Below, piece after piece: positions 62,101-64,000 of a DNA stretch of 64,000 nucleotides. The notes beneath the pieces were generated by a model. It did not search any database, was not told where the DNA came from, and was given only the letters and a program-made list of their open reading frames with translations. A program made the position numbers and the translations under genes. Origin of the DNA: Vicugna vicugna (Eukaryota); NCBI GenBank assembly GCA_013265495.1, contig MU058289.1, positions 1,054,001 through 1,118,000 on the forward strand. The letters are read 5' to 3'. Within the stretch, counting starts at the first letter, position 1, and each line of letters begins with the position of its first letter.

Positions 62101-64000
62101 ATGGGTGCTGAGCTGCTGGGCATCAAGTGCAGTAGGAGGGGCCAGCGCCATTACTGGGCGGGAGATACTTCTGTCCCTGGCCACAGTCAGACCACCTGGG
62201 ACACACCTGACCAGAGCACATCTGCAGCACCAATGTGTCCAACACCACACCTGTGTTGGAGGCCCTTTTGCTCCCACCTAGAGTCAGAGCACCTGGGCTC
62301 CACCTGTTCCAAACACACGTGTCGCAACAGGAAGTTGCAGCACCATAACTGTTGAGGGAGGCTGATCAAATAGTGATCCAAAGGCAGGACTGTCAGAGGA
62401 GGGACCACCGTAGCAGTGGGAGAGTACTATCAGCAACTCGGCCCCTCGAGGTAGCGGCAGCTATGAGGTCATTGTGCCTGTATGCAAACCCAGGTCCATC
62501 TTTGGGGCACCTCATTCTTTTCTTGCATGTAGACAGAGCACTTGGGGCCCATCTAGCCAATAAAGACTTCTGTTCCAGCCTTCGGTCAGATGCCTAGGGA
62601 AGCACAGCTGCTAACTGTCAGAGGGGCTGACACCCAACCTGTGACTGGAGATACCGCTGTTCATGAATCCAGTCAGAGTATGAGGGACCTTCCAAGCCAG
62701 AGGGCAGGTGATGCAGCTGGAGGGGAGAGCACTGTACCTGTGTTTGGAGACATTTCTGTTTCCACCATCATTCAGAGCACCTAAGGGGCTCACAGCCAGA
62801 GCACATGTCTCACAGCCAGAGGGGACCACACCATACATTTTTAGGAAAGCACGTCTATCCTCACCTTCAATCAGAACATCTGGGGCCTACCCAGCCAGGG
62901 TACCCATTTTTTGCTTTGTAGGAGCCAACTTCACTGAGAAAATACCTGTGATTCAGACACACTTATTCCTACCTACGGAGTGAACGTGCCTCTGCGTGGG
63001 CACAGCAAACCTCAGCCTTGTCTTTGAGGCACCCTCATCACCTGCCCTGGCCAGGACTTCACTGGGGATGCAAAGTGTTGAATCACCAACCTATTCATTT
63101 CCTTCTGGTGAAAGAACCAGAAACTCAGCAACCCAGAGGCAAAAGCTTCCTCTAGAAATGACAGCAGATGACCGCTGTGCACCGTGAATGCTGGGAGAGG
63201 CTCAGCCCATTCCAGTGACGCCACACAAACTTAACCTGCTCTTTTCCCTCCTACAGCAAGCTGGAGGCCCAATGCCTCCAGGGGCTTCTGTATATGCCAC
63301 AGGATATGGGTTCAGACGAGGCTGGTCAGAGGTCCACACACTGGCTTGAGAAGGTCACTGCGGAGAGGAGAGAGAGATCTTTAAGTACCAACCGTGCTGC
63401 GCTCCACTGTTAGTTTGGAAGACCCAAACTCTAGGCCAGTTTTCCTCTAGTCTTGAGACTGGTAGGATCCAAAGGCAGGACTGTCAGAGGAGGGACCACC
63501 GTAGCAGTGGGAGAGTACTCCCCTCCCCCTGCTGCCTACCTGCCCCCTTCCCCCTTCCCCATTTTCCATAATGGTTCTCTCACTTTCCTCTCCCGAATAA
63601 ATATATAAAGCCTCCTTCATGTTAATTCGCCCCCTGCCTCACATGCCTTTGTTCTTTCACTATGTGTGGAAGAACTGACTTGTATGAGTGGCATCAGGTT
63701 GTGCCAGGATTAACTTTTCAAAAATTTCTGAGACTCAACGAATAGGATACATAAGTAGCTGCTCTTGCTGGCTTCGTGTACTGACTTCTGAAGCCTGTGT
63801 GTTGGGAGGATAAGGGATGGCAGCCTGGGAGGGGAGACACGGGGGCTCACCCTGGCTTCTTCCCACCGTCGGACCTCACTGAGGGCCAGATCATCCCTGC
63901 TGTGGGCAAAGCATACTTTATAATTTTAATGTTTGTAAAGTGTTTTAAGTATCTCTTTCATACCTTTTTCTTTAAATTGGATTTAGGCCAGTCATTCTTC
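59150..64000 (+). repeat. Duplicated block C, inverted copy of block B, running off the window end
   Basis: Same anchors as block B. Includes an L1 fragment (59180-59460), a MER58-like element (~59460-59680) and a MIR relic (~60150-60290). Confidence 0.8.
61206..63150 (+). pseudogene. POM121: POM121-like processed paralogue, copy C (internally deleted and rearranged)
   Basis: ATG 61206 MGNFL. PGPLPPQFYTAPERPYPIWQAQ...VLCSCNSKMCSHSGKVKIPSP resembles POM121 CGTLPNRFVITPRRRYPIHQAQ...VLSPRNSRMVCSPVTVRIAPP. SPDPCLKE and EEDDQIV follow, then the sequence jumps to C-terminal SFEIIV...GGGSDLST...SSMEWKSVL. It is the inverted homologue of copy B. Confidence 0.85.

Overview
Mammalian genomic DNA, rich in L1, LTR/ERV, L2, MIR and DNA-transposon relics. 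The L1 3' ends look cetartiodactyl, possibly camelid (inference). No intact protein-coding gene is visible. The non-repeat sequence is a cluster of decayed intronless (retroposed) paralogues in a quasi-palindromic layout. In order: POM121-like copy A (-, ~5.2-5.9 kb), POM121-like copy B (-, ~11.4-15.0 kb), ABO-derived GT6 glycosyltransferase retrocopy 1 (-, 18.9-20.0 kb), a TE spacer with a MULE/Ricksha-type transposase relic, ABO retrocopy 2 (+, 34.7-35.8 kb), a dismembered KRAB-ZNF gene with a CpG promoter (-, 51-55.4 kb), and POM121-like copy C (+, 61.2-63.2 kb). The two ABO copies lie in old, diverged inverted arms yet share a 397-bp identical tract that carries the same frameshift, which points to gene conversion. 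They have an unusual S-G-A donor-specificity triplet. POM121-like copies B and C share a repeat-expanded C-terminus not found in POM121. Protein comparisons rely on recalled human sequences, and TE boundaries and family names are approximate by-eye calls.
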